From: Candidatus Kerfeldbacteria bacterium
GTDB taxonomy: Bacteria > Patescibacteriota > Patescibacteriia > SBBC01
Assembly: GCA_016207275.1 (NCBI GenBank)
Contig: JACQPY010000017.1
Span: 2,479 to 66,478, forward strand
Length of the DNA: 64,000 nt
Direction of reading: 5' to 3'
Below, in pieces: positions 37,719 through 46,962 of this stretch. A program made the position numbers and the translations under genes. The notes beneath the pieces are model-generated. The model searched no databases and was not told the DNA's origin. It saw only the letters and a program-made list of their open reading frames with translations. The number at the start of each line of letters is the position of its first letter. Positions within the stretch are counted from its first letter, which is position 1.

Positions 37719-39371
37719 ATGGTACGTGCCCTCTGGCGAAAGCTGCAAACGACGGTTACTGGCGGCGCGATTCTCGTCTCGAGTTCGTGGTTTGTTTCCA
37801 AACTGCTTGGCTTCTTGCGTGAGCGGATGATTGCGGCCAAGTTCGGCGCCTCGTTCGAAACCGATGCCTACAACGCGGCGTTCGGGGTCCCTGATTTCAT
37901 TTACGGGACGCTGATTTTAGGTTCGCTGCTGTCCGTTTTCATCCCGGTGTTCATCCGCTACCGACAGCAGGAAGCAACCGAAGCCTTCCGCGTGGCCAAC
38001 TCGATTCTCAATGTGATAATTCTGATTTTCTTGGCCAGCGGTCTGGTGCTGTTTGTGTTCGCGCCACAGATTATTAGCTTGATCGCGCCGGGGTTTGACA
38101 GTGGCCGTCTAACGTTGGCCACCACCATGACGCGGATCATCGCCGTCAACATTTTGCTGTTCGGTGTTTCGAACGTTTTGTCCGGTATGCTTAACGCCGC
38201 CCGGCAGTTTTTGGCTTTTTCGATTGCGCCGGTACTGTACAATCTCGGGATTATCTCCGGCATTGTCTGGCTGGTGCCGACGCTCGGCATCGTCGGGGTC
38301 GCGGTGGGCGCGATCATTGGCGCGGTCCTGCACGTCCTAGTCCAGGTGCCGGCAGTCGTTCGAACCGGCTTCCGCTACCAAGCCGTGCTCGACCTTCGTC
38401 ACGCCGGCGTCCGCGAGATCGGTCGGCTGATTGTCCCGCGGGCCTTTGGTCAGTCGGTCACCCAGCTCGACCAGCTCATCAACCTGATTATCGGCTCGAC
38501 CCTGGCCATTGGCAGCGTCACTATTTTCCGCTGGGCGACGAACATTCAGGATTTGCCGGTGACCTTAATCGGGGTGTCGCTGGCCACCGTTGTCTTTCCG
38601 GTGTTTAGCGAGGCCTTGGCCCGCGACGACCGGCCGACGTTTGTCGAGCACTTCTCCCGGGTGATTCGACAGATTCTGTTCCTGATCATTCCCTTGTCGG
38701 TTCTGTTTCTGCTGCTCCGCGCCCAGGCCGTCCGCGTCATTCTTGGCGCGGGACGATTTGATTGGCCAGCCACTATTCTGACGGCCAATACCCTGGGTTT
38801 TTTTGCCCTTTCGTTTTTTGCCCAATCCTTAATTCCGGTCCTAGCCCGCTCGTTCTACGCCCTGCGCGATACCGCCACCCCGGTTAAGATTACGGTCGTG
38901 GCAGTAGTCCTGAACATTCTCGGCTCGCTGCTGTTGACCAGGGGCTTTAGCCTGGGTCCGTGGGACGTGCCGGCCCTCGGTGTTCGAGGTCTGGCTTTGG
39001 CCTATTCGATCTCGAGCGTCATCGGCATGCTGCTGATGTACCTGACCTTGCGCGTTCGGCTCGGCGACCTTGACGACGATCGCGTCGTCCGCACCACCGT
39101 CCGGGTGCTGCTGGCCAGCGCCTTGATGGCACTGGTGGTACAAGGGGCGAAGTATACCATCGTTGAGGTGTTCGGCGTGACGCTGGCCACCGGCGTCGGC
39201 GTCTTAACTCAATTGCTTGTCTCCGGGGTGGTCGGCGGAGTGGCCTACTTGGCCTTTGCCGTGTTCTTGCGCCTGGATGAGGTCACCCTGATTCGCGATT
39301 GGCTCTCGCGGGCGCGGTTCAGTTTGTTCAACGGCCGCGGGACCGAAACCAAGCTGTCGCATGATCGCTGA
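37719..39371 (+). CDS. murJ: Lipid II flippase MurJ
   Basis: SKLLGFLRE, FGAS..TDAY..AF..PD, LARSFYALRDT.TP; many TMs. Confidence 0.95.
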   Translation: MVRALWRKLQTTVTGGAILVSSSWFVSKLLGFLRERMIAAKFGASFETDAYNAAFGVPDFIYGTLILGSLLSVFIPVFIRYRQQEATEAFRVANSILNVIILIFLASGLVLFVFAPQIISLIAPGFDSGRLTLATTMTRIIAVNILLFGVSNVLSGMLNAARQFLAFSIAPVLYNLGIISGIVWLVPTLGIVGVAVGAIIGAVLHVLVQVPAVVRTGFRYQAVLDLRHAGVREIGRLIVPRAFGQSVTQLDQLINLIIGSTLAIGSVTIFRWATNIQDLPVTLIGVSLATVVFPVFSEALARDDRPTFVEHFSRVIRQILFLIIPLSVLFLLLRAQAVRVILGAGRFDWPATILTANTLGFFALSFFAQSLIPVLARSFYALRDTATPVKITVVAVVLNILGSLLLTRGFSLGPWDVPALGVRGLALAYSISSVIGMLLMYLTLRVRLGDLDDDRVVRTTVRVLLASALMALVVQGAKYTIVEVFGVTLATGVGVLTQLLVSGVVGGVAYLAFAVFLRLDEVTLIRDWLSRARFSLFNGRGTETKLSHDR

Positions 39372-39459
39372 CGCCGTCCGCATCCGGAATTTTTGTCTTA
39401 CCCCGCACCAGTCCTGGCGGCGCTTGGACGACGCGGGGCAGGTTGCCCACGGCCTATGA
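39361..39459 (+). pseudogene. Remnant duplicate lepA N-terminus interrupted by a palindromic insert
   Basis: MIADAVRIRNFC-LTPHQSWRRLDDAGQ-VAHGL*; ATGA-coupled to lepA. Confidence 0.6.
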
Positions 39460-41231
39460 CCGCATCATCCGAGAAGATTCGAAACTTCTGCATTATTGCA
39501 CATATCGACCACGGCAAGTCGACGTTGGCTGACCGATTCCTCGAGTTAACCGGGACCGTGCCCCAGCGTGAAATGCGGGAACAAGTGCTCGACCAAATGG
39601 ATATTGAGCGCGAGCGGGGGATTACGGTTAAACTGGCGCCGGTCCGAATGGCCTGGCACGGGTACGAGCTTAACTTAATTGATACGCCAGGGCACGTCGA
39701 TTTTGCCTACGAGGTGTCCCGCTCGCTGGCCGCCGTCGAAGGCGCACTGCTGGTGGTCGACGCCACCCAAGGTATCGAGGCCCAGACGATTGCCAACCTC
39801 AACCAAGCTCGCGAGGCGGGTTTGACCATACTGCCGGTCGTCAACAAAATCGACCTGCCGAATGCCGACGTGATGAACGTCAAGACCGAGTTGGTAAACG
39901 TACTGGGATGTGCTGAACAGGATATTATTGAGGTCTCCGCCAAGCTGGGCACCAATGTTGAGCAATTGCTTGATCGCGTGGTCGAACGAATCCCCGCGCC
40001 AACGATTGGCAGCGGGACTGGTAGTCGGGCCTTAATCTTCGACTCAGTCTACGACGATTACCAAGGCGTCGTCGCCTTTGTCCGAGTGGTCGACGGCCTC
40101 TTTCGGCGCGGCGGCTCCGTACGGTTTGTGGCCACCAGCGTGGCCAGTCACGTGCTCGAGGTCGGTCGGTTTTCACCGCGGCGGGTGGTTACCGAGGAGC
40201 TCGGCGCCGGCGAGATCGGCTACATCGTCACCGGCGTGAAGGACGTGCGGACCGTCCGCGTCGGCGACACGATCGCCGACGCGGCGGTGGCGCCGCTGCC
40301 CGGCTACCGTGAGGTTAAGCCAATGGTTTTTGCTGGCGTCTTCTGTCAGGAGGGCGACGAGTATCCCAAGCTCCGAGAAGCACTGGAAAAACTGCGACTG
40401 AACGACGCCGCCTTAACGTTTGAGCCGGAGCACTCGCCGGCACTCGGTTTTGGTTTTCGCAGTGGTTTTCTCGGTTTACTACACCTTGATATTGTTCAGG
40501 AGCGCCTGAAGCGAGAATTTGGCTTACGGTTAGTCGTAACCGTGCCGTCGGTCGCCTACCAAGTGACCAAAACTGACGGCGCCACGATCACGATTCATTC
40601 GCCACTTGACTTACCCGATCCGTCGCACATTCAGACCATTGCCGAACCGCTGATGCGGCTCGATGTCGTTTGCCCGGCCGCCCGGCTCGGACCAGTCATG
40701 CAATTCATCACCCAGCGGCGCGCTCGCTACCGTAGCACCGAGTACCTTGATGAGTACCGCGCGATTCTCCACTACGACATTCCGCTGACGTCGCTGCTGG
40801 TTGATTTCTATGATACACTCAAGAGTGTCAGCTCCGGGTACGCCTCGATGAACTATGAGTTTCAGGCGTACCAAGCAGCGGCGGTAGTTCGGCTCGATCT
40901 CCTGGTGGCTGGCGAACGCGTTGAGGCTTTGGCCACCCTGGTCTACCGCGACGAAGCGTACGCCCGCGGTCGACAGATCGTCGAACGGTTAAAAACTATC
41001 CTGCCCCGCCAGCTCTTTGAGGTTCGACTGCAGGCGGCCATCGGTGGAAAAATAATCGCTGCCGAGACCATCCCGGCCCTGCGCAAGGACGTCACGGCCA
41101 AGCTCTACGGCGGCGACGTAACCCGCAAACGCAAGCTTTTGGAAAAACAAAAGAAAGGGAAGCAGCGGATGAAGCTGGTGGGCAAGGTTGATATCCCGCC
41201 GCGGGCGTTCCTCGAGGTTTTACGTCGGTGA
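39456..41231 (+). CDS. lepA: Elongation factor 4
   Basis: IRNFCIIAHIDHGKSTLADR, DTPGHVDF, NKID, KDVTAKLYGGD. Confidence 0.98.
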   Translation: MTASSEKIRNFCIIAHIDHGKSTLADRFLELTGTVPQREMREQVLDQMDIERERGITVKLAPVRMAWHGYELNLIDTPGHVDFAYEVSRSLAAVEGALLVVDATQGIEAQTIANLNQAREAGLTILPVVNKIDLPNADVMNVKTELVNVLGCAEQDIIEVSAKLGTNVEQLLDRVVERIPAPTIGSGTGSRALIFDSVYDDYQGVVAFVRVVDGLFRRGGSVRFVATSVASHVLEVGRFSPRRVVTEELGAGEIGYIVTGVKDVRTVRVGDTIADAAVAPLPGYREVKPMVFAGVFCQEGDEYPKLREALEKLRLNDAALTFEPEHSPALGFGFRSGFLGLLHLDIVQERLKREFGLRLVVTVPSVAYQVTKTDGATITIHSPLDLPDPSHIQTIAEPLMRLDVVCPAARLGPVMQFITQRRARYRSTEYLDEYRAILHYDIPLTSLLVDFYDTLKSVSSGYASMNYEFQAYQAAAVVRLDLLVAGERVEALATLVYRDEAYARGRQIVERLKTILPRQLFEVRLQAAIGGKIIAAETIPALRKDVTAKLYGGDVTRKRKLLEKQKKGKQRMKLVGKVDIPPRAFLEVLRR

Positions 41232-41342
41232 TTAGAAACCCGACAGGCTGATCAGCGGCAGGACGGTGAAGATGATCATGCCGGCGATCATGACGATCGA
41301 TACCACGATCCAAAAAATGTGAAGTCGACGACTGCGTTTCAT
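41232..41342 (-). CDS. 36-aa single-TM small protein (DUF4044-like)
   Basis: MKRSRRLHIFWIVVSIVMIAGMIIFTVLPLISLSGF; exactly fills the intergenic gap. Confidence 0.65.
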   Translation of the reverse strand: MKRSRRLHIFWIVVSIVMIAGMIIFTVLPLISLSGF

Positions 41343-41357
41343 ATAAGCTTCTGATGT

Positions 41358-41996
41358 ATGCTCCACGATCAGCTTAGCAAAAATTTGAAAGAAGGGGAAA
41401 CCTTGGTCAAACTGGTCCGTCGCGACCTGCTGGCCAGCCTCCCCGCCCTGATCGTTGCCGCGTTCGTGGTCCTAGTTGATTTTTTTCTGCTGGCGTTTTT
41501 GGTCCGTCACGGAACATGGGGTTTGACCGTCTTTGTGGCCGGGCTGGTCGCCGCGCTGGTTATCGGTCTACGCACCTTGGTCGAGTGGCGTCTCAATGCG
41601 CTGCTGATTACGAACGAACGGATCATGCACGTCCACCAGCGAGGCTTTTTTAATCGGATGGTGGCCGAAACGACCTACGACCGGGTGACTGACGTCCGCT
41701 CGACGGTCAAGGGCGTGCTCCAAACTGCACTCAATCTCGGCGCCGTCGAGGTGCAAACAGCCGGCGAAGGAGAAAATCTTCGCCTGACTGGGGTGCGTCA
41801 CCCGCCCCAGATTCAGGCGTTGCTGACCAACATTCTGCGGGCGGCCAAGCAGGACACCGCGGCCCCGCTGACCGCCCAAGAGCTGGTGGCGGCCCTGACG
41901 AAGGTTAAGCACGAGCTCGGTCCGGCCGCCTTTAACGACATCATTTCTCGGGTCGCGCCCAACCATGACGGTCACCACCCCCGTCCTCATGCATAG
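41358..41996 (+). CDS. Bacterial PH-domain membrane protein
   Basis: Two TMs then ITNERI..QRGFF..V.DV...LNLGAVEVQTAG. Confidence 0.8.
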   Translation: MLHDQLSKNLKEGETLVKLVRRDLLASLPALIVAAFVVLVDFFLLAFLVRHGTWGLTVFVAGLVAALVIGLRTLVEWRLNALLITNERIMHVHQRGFFNRMVAETTYDRVTDVRSTVKGVLQTALNLGAVEVQTAGEGENLRLTGVRHPPQIQALLTNILRAAKQDTAAPLTAQELVAALTKVKHELGPAAFNDIISRVAPNHDGHHPRPHA

Positions 41997-42039
41997 ACGG
42001 TTTTACGCAGCTGGGCTATACTAGCGGTCGTCGACGCCT

Positions 42040-42456
42040 ATGAACCGGGCGAGGTATCGAGATCGTCTCAAACAGGCGCTCCGCTCGCGGATGCTGACGC
42101 TGGCGTTGCTGATCCTCGCCGGCCTGATCAGTCTGGCTCTCGGCCGCGAAGTGGCCCGTTACGTGGCGGTTCGCCAAGAACTAGAGCGTCTGACCAGTGA
42201 GATTACGAACGCTGAGTCGTCAACGCAGCAGCTCGAACACGTGCTGGCGTCACTCAAAAGCACCACCTTCCAGGAGGGTGCGGCCCGCACTCGACTGAAC
42301 CTCCAAAAGCCCGGCGAGAAGGTGCTGGTCATTCCCAACGTGTCGAGCACTAACCAGTCAATACGTGAAGCTGAGCCAACTGACGGTTCGCCGGCAACCG
42401 AATCGAATACGCGACGGTGGTGGAAGTTCATCTTTACCGCACCTCAATCATCGTAA
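42040..42456 (+). CDS. Septum formation initiator (FtsB/DivIC-like)
   Basis: TM, coiled coil, EGAARTRLNLQKPGEKV. Confidence 0.85.
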   Translation: MNRARYRDRLKQALRSRMLTLALLILAGLISLALGREVARYVAVRQELERLTSEITNAESSTQQLEHVLASLKSTTFQEGAARTRLNLQKPGEKVLVIPNVSSTNQSIREAEPTDGSPATESNTRRWWKFIFTAPQSS

Positions 42457-42461
42457 TACCC

Positions 42462-43511
42462 ATGATCTCCGTGGCAAAAAATACTGCGAATTCGTCAGGG
42501 TCGAAAAATAACACCGCCCCGCTTGCACCGCGGCGGCGAGTGTTCATCGCCTTCATCGTTGGTCTCGTTATCGTGCTCGTGCTCGGGTTAGGAACCTTAA
42601 CCGCCGGCGTCTATGCGGCCCACTGGAGCTCACCCGTAGTTAAGCGTATCGTCCGTCTGGTCCCAATTCCGGCGGTCTCGGTCAACGGTCGCTGGCGTTC
42701 CTACTACGATTTCCTTGATGCCGTCGGAACGCTGGAGTATTCGTTTAACCAAGAGGCGGTCCGCCAGGCCAGCGGCTTAACCACCAAGCCGCCACGCCCG
42801 CAGATTCAGACGATCGTGCTTGATCGCTTGGTCAAGGAGGAGTTGGTCCGTCAGCTCGCCCGTCGACGCGGCGTGACCGTCAGCACCGCCGACATCGAGG
42901 CCGAAATGCAGAAGCTGATTGAGCAATCGGGGGACGCCGCGACGGTGACGGCGCAGATCAAGCAACTCTATAACTGGGATCTGGCGACGTTCCGACAGCG
43001 TGTCGTCGAGCCCTATTTACTGCGTCAGCGCCTGCAGGAGAGTATCGCGGCTGACGAAGCGATCAATAAAGCTGAAGCCGAGCGGGCACAGCAGCTGCTT
43101 GAGCGGGTCGAGCGCGGCCAGGAAGACTTTCAAGCCATTGCCCGTGAGGTAAATGACGACGTGACCAAGGGCACCGGCGGTGATCTTGGCGTCTTTGGCC
43201 GAGGCGAACGCGAGGCGGCGTTGGACGAAGCGGCTTTTGGTCTCGAGGTTGGCCGGACCAGCGGTATCGTCCGCAGTCGTGAGGGGTTTCACCTACTCAA
43301 GGTACTGGAAAAGATCCCGGCCGACGAGAAAACCGGCGACGGTGAGCGCGTCCACGTCGCTCACATCTTCGTCAGCGCTAAACCGCTCGACCAGTGGTTG
43401 TACGAGCAGGCGCAGCAGTACGACGTCACCGTTTTTATTACCGGCTTCCGCTGGGATCGAAGCACGGCCCAGGTCATCGCCGCCACCGGTTCCGCCAACG
43501 CCGCCCCGTGA
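42462..43511 (+). CDS. SurA/PrsA-like parvulin peptidyl-prolyl isomerase
   Basis: TM anchor, SurA N-domain, GGDLG, GFHLLKV, HVAHI. Confidence 0.87.
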   Translation: MISVAKNTANSSGSKNNTAPLAPRRRVFIAFIVGLVIVLVLGLGTLTAGVYAAHWSSPVVKRIVRLVPIPAVSVNGRWRSYYDFLDAVGTLEYSFNQEAVRQASGLTTKPPRPQIQTIVLDRLVKEELVRQLARRRGVTVSTADIEAEMQKLIEQSGDAATVTAQIKQLYNWDLATFRQRVVEPYLLRQRLQESIAADEAINKAEAERAQQLLERVERGQEDFQAIAREVNDDVTKGTGGDLGVFGRGEREAALDEAAFGLEVGRTSGIVRSREGFHLLKVLEKIPADEKTGDGERVHVAHIFVSAKPLDQWLYEQAQQYDVTVFITGFRWDRSTAQVIAATGSANAAP

Positions 43512-43522
43512 GCAGCGATCAC

Positions 43523-43684
43523 GGAGCCACTGCCCCGCCGGTCGAAGCACCGTGGAGCCAGCGGTGGCCTCGGACCACCGTCGGGGGGAACGCACGACCA
43601 CTGTTGTTACCTGTCCGCCAGACTTGGAGCCACCTGTCCCGCCCAGAGCGGGACGACCGCTGCTTTACCTGCCCGCCGATCGCC
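43523..43684. repeat. Degenerate repeats of the tRNA-Thr 3' end and flank
   Basis: ggagcca near 43523, 43554 and 43627; duplicated cgacc..tg..ttacctg.ccgcc..tggagcc. Confidence 0.5.
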
Positions 43685-43760
43685 TGGAGCCGATGGTCGG
43701 AGTCGAACCGACAACCTCTCCCTTACGAAGGGATTGCTCTACCAGTTGAGCTACATCGGC
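43685..43760 (-). tRNA. tRNA-Thr(CGT)
   Basis: Cloverleaf GCCGATG...CATCGGCTCCA, anticodon loop TTCGTAA, TTCGA T-loop. Confidence 0.96.
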
Positions 43761-43935
43761 GCTCGGCGACAGGCAGGCGGGCGAAAGCATTACTCCCTGC
43801 CCCGTACCACGCGAGCTTTGCGAGCGTCGGTGCGGGGTACCAACTGAGCTAAGGTGGCCAGCCAGACGGGCGACGGGATTACTCCGCCAGTTGAGCGACA
43901 TCGGCCCTCGTCGAAAAGGACGATAGCACGCACCC

Positions 43936-44712
43936 ATGGTGGCGTCAATTGAAACAGCAGCACCGCGGCGGGATCGAACGGCGTCCGCCGCGCAATCGTT
44001 TTTCCTGCGCGGCGGTCGGACCGGACTGTTGTTGTTGCACGGTTTTGCTGGCTCGATTGCCGATCTGCGTCAGTTAGGCCAGGCCCTTAATCAGCGCGGG
44101 TACACGGTACTCGGGACACGGCTGGCGGGCCACGGTACCTCAATCGACGACCTTCACCGGACTGTGGCCGAAGATTGGATTGCCGCCGCCCGCACCGCCC
44201 TGCATTCGTTGGCGGGCCAGGTTGACCGGTTGGTGATTGTCGCTGAATCGATGGGTGGCCTGGTGGCGTTGCGCTTGGCCCGCGAGCATCAGCGGGTGTT
44301 TGGTCTCGTGCTCTTGGCGCCGGCCGTGGCCCTAAAACACGAACGCGTCCGCGCCGCGGCCAGCCAGTTCCTGCCCGCTAAGCTCAAATGGCGAAAGCCA
44401 TGGTCGACGCCGGCGCGTGAGCAGCGCGGTTCGCTGCCGGCCGTGACCGCGGCGGCCTACCGCCAGCTGATGCGGCTGCTGCGCGCTGAACGGAGTCGAC
44501 TCAGTCAGATTCGTGTGCCGATACTGGCGCTGTTCGCCCGCCAGGATTTTGTAACTGATCGGCGTGCCCGCGAGGTACTTGAGCGCCGCGTGCCGGAAGC
44601 GCTGCTGACCGTCGAGACGCTCGATGCGGTGACCCACCATCTCGGTGAAACAGCTGCGCTGCCGCACGTGGTCACGGTCGTCGATCGCTTTATCCAACAA
44701 CAAACTCGCTGA
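43936..44712 (+). CDS. Alpha/beta hydrolase (carboxylesterase-like)
   Basis: LLHGFAG, LAGHG, nucleophile AESMGG, later Asp and His. Confidence 0.85.
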   Translation: MVASIETAAPRRDRTASAAQSFFLRGGRTGLLLLHGFAGSIADLRQLGQALNQRGYTVLGTRLAGHGTSIDDLHRTVAEDWIAAARTALHSLAGQVDRLVIVAESMGGLVALRLAREHQRVFGLVLLAPAVALKHERVRAAASQFLPAKLKWRKPWSTPAREQRGSLPAVTAAAYRQLMRLLRAERSRLSQIRVPILALFARQDFVTDRRAREVLERRVPEALLTVETLDAVTHHLGETAALPHVVTVVDRFIQQQTR

Positions 44713-44713
44713 T

Positions 44714-44742
44714 TTCACGAAATTGCATATTCGTGGTATACT
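44714..44742 (+). promoter_or_regulatory. Putative sigma70 promoter, antisense to tRNA-Gly
   Basis: TTCACG-17 bp-TATACT with extended -10 TG. Confidence 0.55.
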
Positions 44743-44859
44743 GAAACTTCTTGAAGTTCCACGTTTTTAGGTATCAAAAGTATCAAAGAACATTTGTCTC
44801 ACCCCCCACCCATGGTTACTGTTCGGACCTTGGTTAAGGCGGAGCGGGCCGGCAGAGAA

Positions 44860-45118
44860 AATTCGTCCCGCCCGACAGCCGGACTGATCAGAGCGGGAAA
44901 CAGGACTCCAACCCGCGAGCTTCTGTGCCGCCGGCCAACCCGGCCACAATTTTTTGGCCAGAAAAATCAAAGATGGAGCGGGAAACGGGACTCGCCACTC
45001 CGCGCCGAACGTCGTCGGCGCTCCGGGCCGCGGCTGCGGGAATTTCGTCTCCCAGACGAAGCGTCCTCGCCGTTCGAGTCCCTTTCGGATAGCTCAATTC
45101 GTCCCGCCCGGCGGGACG
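44860..45118. repeat. Tandem copies of the tRNA-Gly 3' half
   Basis: gagcgggaaacaggactccaacccgcgagcttctg (44891) and tggagcgggaaacgggactcg (44974). Confidence 0.8.
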
Positions 45119-45193
45119 GGAGCGGGAAACGGGACTCGAACCCGCGACCTTCTGCTTGGGAAGCAGACGTTCTACCAGCTGAACTATTCCCGC
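45119..45193 (-). tRNA. tRNA-Gly(CCC)
   Basis: GCGGGAA...TTCCCGCTCC cloverleaf, anticodon loop TTCCCAA. Confidence 0.96.
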
Positions 45194-45354
45194 GTAAGCA
45201 CGTTGGTTGGAAAGTAACGCCTTCTGGCAGCGTCGGGCAGGTTGGGGGGCAGTCATCCCGCCGACCTTCGCCTCCGGCGAAGCCGAATGGCGGACAGGTC
45301 TTCGGGCGGAACTACGCCCGCCCAGAAGCTAATCTTCGGCGAGTATACCGCGCC

Positions 45355-46950
45355 TTGGTTATTCTGCCAAGCCTGATTTTGGCCGTGTTGGTAGTTCGTC
45401 CGGCAGTCGCCGCGACACCGATCAAGACCGTTAATTTTTCTGAGACGACCTACACCCGTGGATTTTCATTTACCGACGAGACTGACCAGTTTCGGCTGAT
45501 CGTCGAGCCCGATACCTTCAGTGGACCGGCGACGCTGTCGATCGACCAGCTCGACACCGATACGTTGCCCGCATGGGCTAACCGAACTCGACAGACCGCA
45601 GCCTGGCGGGTGACCGTCACCAGCGCTGTTGACCTGACCCTACGTCAGCCGATCCAGTTTGAGTTTACCGTACCCGACGCCGGTTTAGTTACCGACGTTG
45701 GCAAACTGCTGGCTGACGGCTCGGGCTGGGAGCCGTTGGGTTTTGCCGTCCGCGCTGACGGAAGGCGGGCGAGCGCAGCTGACGATCAGCTCAGTTTTAC
45801 CGTCGGCCTATTTCAGCGGGCAGGCGTGATGGAGGGTGTGGCTACCTACTACGGAACCTATACGCGGACCACTCGCTTGACGATGGTAGCCGCTTCAAAT
45901 CATTTTCCCAACGGCACGGTTCTGCGCGTCACTAACCTCGACAGCGGCAAAGTGGTTACGGTCAAAGTGGTCGACACCGGCGCATTTCGCTATCCGCGGG
46001 TGATCGATCTCTCGACCCCGGCCTTTGCCAAAATTCAACCGACCTGGAAAGGGGTGGCTCGTGTTCACGTGGAGAAAGCCACGCCCTGGAACCGGCCGTC
46101 AGCCACGATTGACGAAGGCGGCGACCAACCCGCCGTTGGCGCGCCGGTCTCCGACGGTGCCACCCCACCAACGACCGCGGCCACGGCTTCGATCGTGGTC
46201 GATGCCGCCAGCGGCGCCAGGTTGGTTGGCAAAAAAACATCAACCGCCATGCCCATCGCGAGCTTGACGAAGGTGGTCACGGCGGCCGTCTTCCTCGACA
46301 CCAAGCCTGACCTGACCCAAGTCGTCTCCTATGATGCCGCGGATAACACGATCTGCAGTTGTCTGCGCCTGGCCGACGGCGAACAGGTAACCCTAAAAGA
46401 TTTGCTGTTTGCCTCGCTCGTCGGCTCGGCCAACAACGCCACGCTGGCCATCGTTCGGGCCACCGGGCTGTCGCGGCCAGAGTTTGTTAACCGGATGAAC
46501 GCCAAAGCCGCCGCGCTCGGCCTGCAGCAGACGTTTTTCGTTGATCCGACCGGCCTCCTGGCCGGTAACGTCAGTACGACCGAGGATGTGGCAGTGATGG
46601 GCCGGCTCATCCCTGATCAGTACGCCGCCATTGGGAAGGCGCTGAGCAGCCGCAGCTACTGGTTTCGCTCAAAGAACGACGTCTGCCAGCCAGGATTTAA
46701 AGGTGATCATGACCAGTGCGAGCACCGCATCCAGAGCACGAACAAGCTGCATGGCAAAACCTCGTTCGACATTGTCGCCGCCAAGACCGGCTACATTGAC
46801 GAGGCGCGGCACACCCTTTTGCTCCGTGGAAAAAATAAGGCCGGTCACGAAGTCGTGTTGGTCTTCTTGCGTGTCTACCGCAAAGCCGACAGCTTCGCGC
46901 ACGCCAACGCGCTGATCGATTGGACCTTCGAACATTTCCGGTGGACCTAA
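45355..46950 (+). CDS. Secreted RlpA-like domain plus S11 D-Ala-D-Ala carboxypeptidase fusion (start uncertain)
   Basis: Signal-like segment; GVATYY..AAS..P.GT.LRVTN..V.V.DTG..RVIDLS; SLTK, SAN, KTG. Confidence 0.85.
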   Translation: MVILPSLILAVLVVRPAVAATPIKTVNFSETTYTRGFSFTDETDQFRLIVEPDTFSGPATLSIDQLDTDTLPAWANRTRQTAAWRVTVTSAVDLTLRQPIQFEFTVPDAGLVTDVGKLLADGSGWEPLGFAVRADGRRASAADDQLSFTVGLFQRAGVMEGVATYYGTYTRTTRLTMVAASNHFPNGTVLRVTNLDSGKVVTVKVVDTGAFRYPRVIDLSTPAFAKIQPTWKGVARVHVEKATPWNRPSATIDEGGDQPAVGAPVSDGATPPTTAATASIVVDAASGARLVGKKTSTAMPIASLTKVVTAAVFLDTKPDLTQVVSYDAADNTICSCLRLADGEQVTLKDLLFASLVGSANNATLAIVRATGLSRPEFVNRMNAKAAALGLQQTFFVDPTGLLAGNVSTTEDVAVMGRLIPDQYAAIGKALSSRSYWFRSKNDVCQPGFKGDHDQCEHRIQSTNKLHGKTSFDIVAAKTGYIDEARHTLLLRGKNKAGHEVVLVFLRVYRKADSFAHANALIDWTFEHFRWT

Positions 46951-46962
46951 GTTCTGGCGGCG

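Noticed and set aside
9622-39455. Long upstream extensions of ndh, OFOR beta, recJ, spermidine synthase-like, murJ and lepA in the ORF track
   Set aside because: They overlap preceding genes or promoters; family homology begins at the downstream ATGs used here
44974-45193. Intron-containing or split tRNA-Gly
   Set aside because: The tRNA at 45119-45193 is already complete; the extra segment duplicates the 3' end and shows no group I core that I can identify
44794-45354. N-terminal ~190 aa of the 718-aa ORF as real protein
   Set aside because: Overlaps tRNA-Gly and its repeats on the opposite strand and precedes a signal-peptide-like segment
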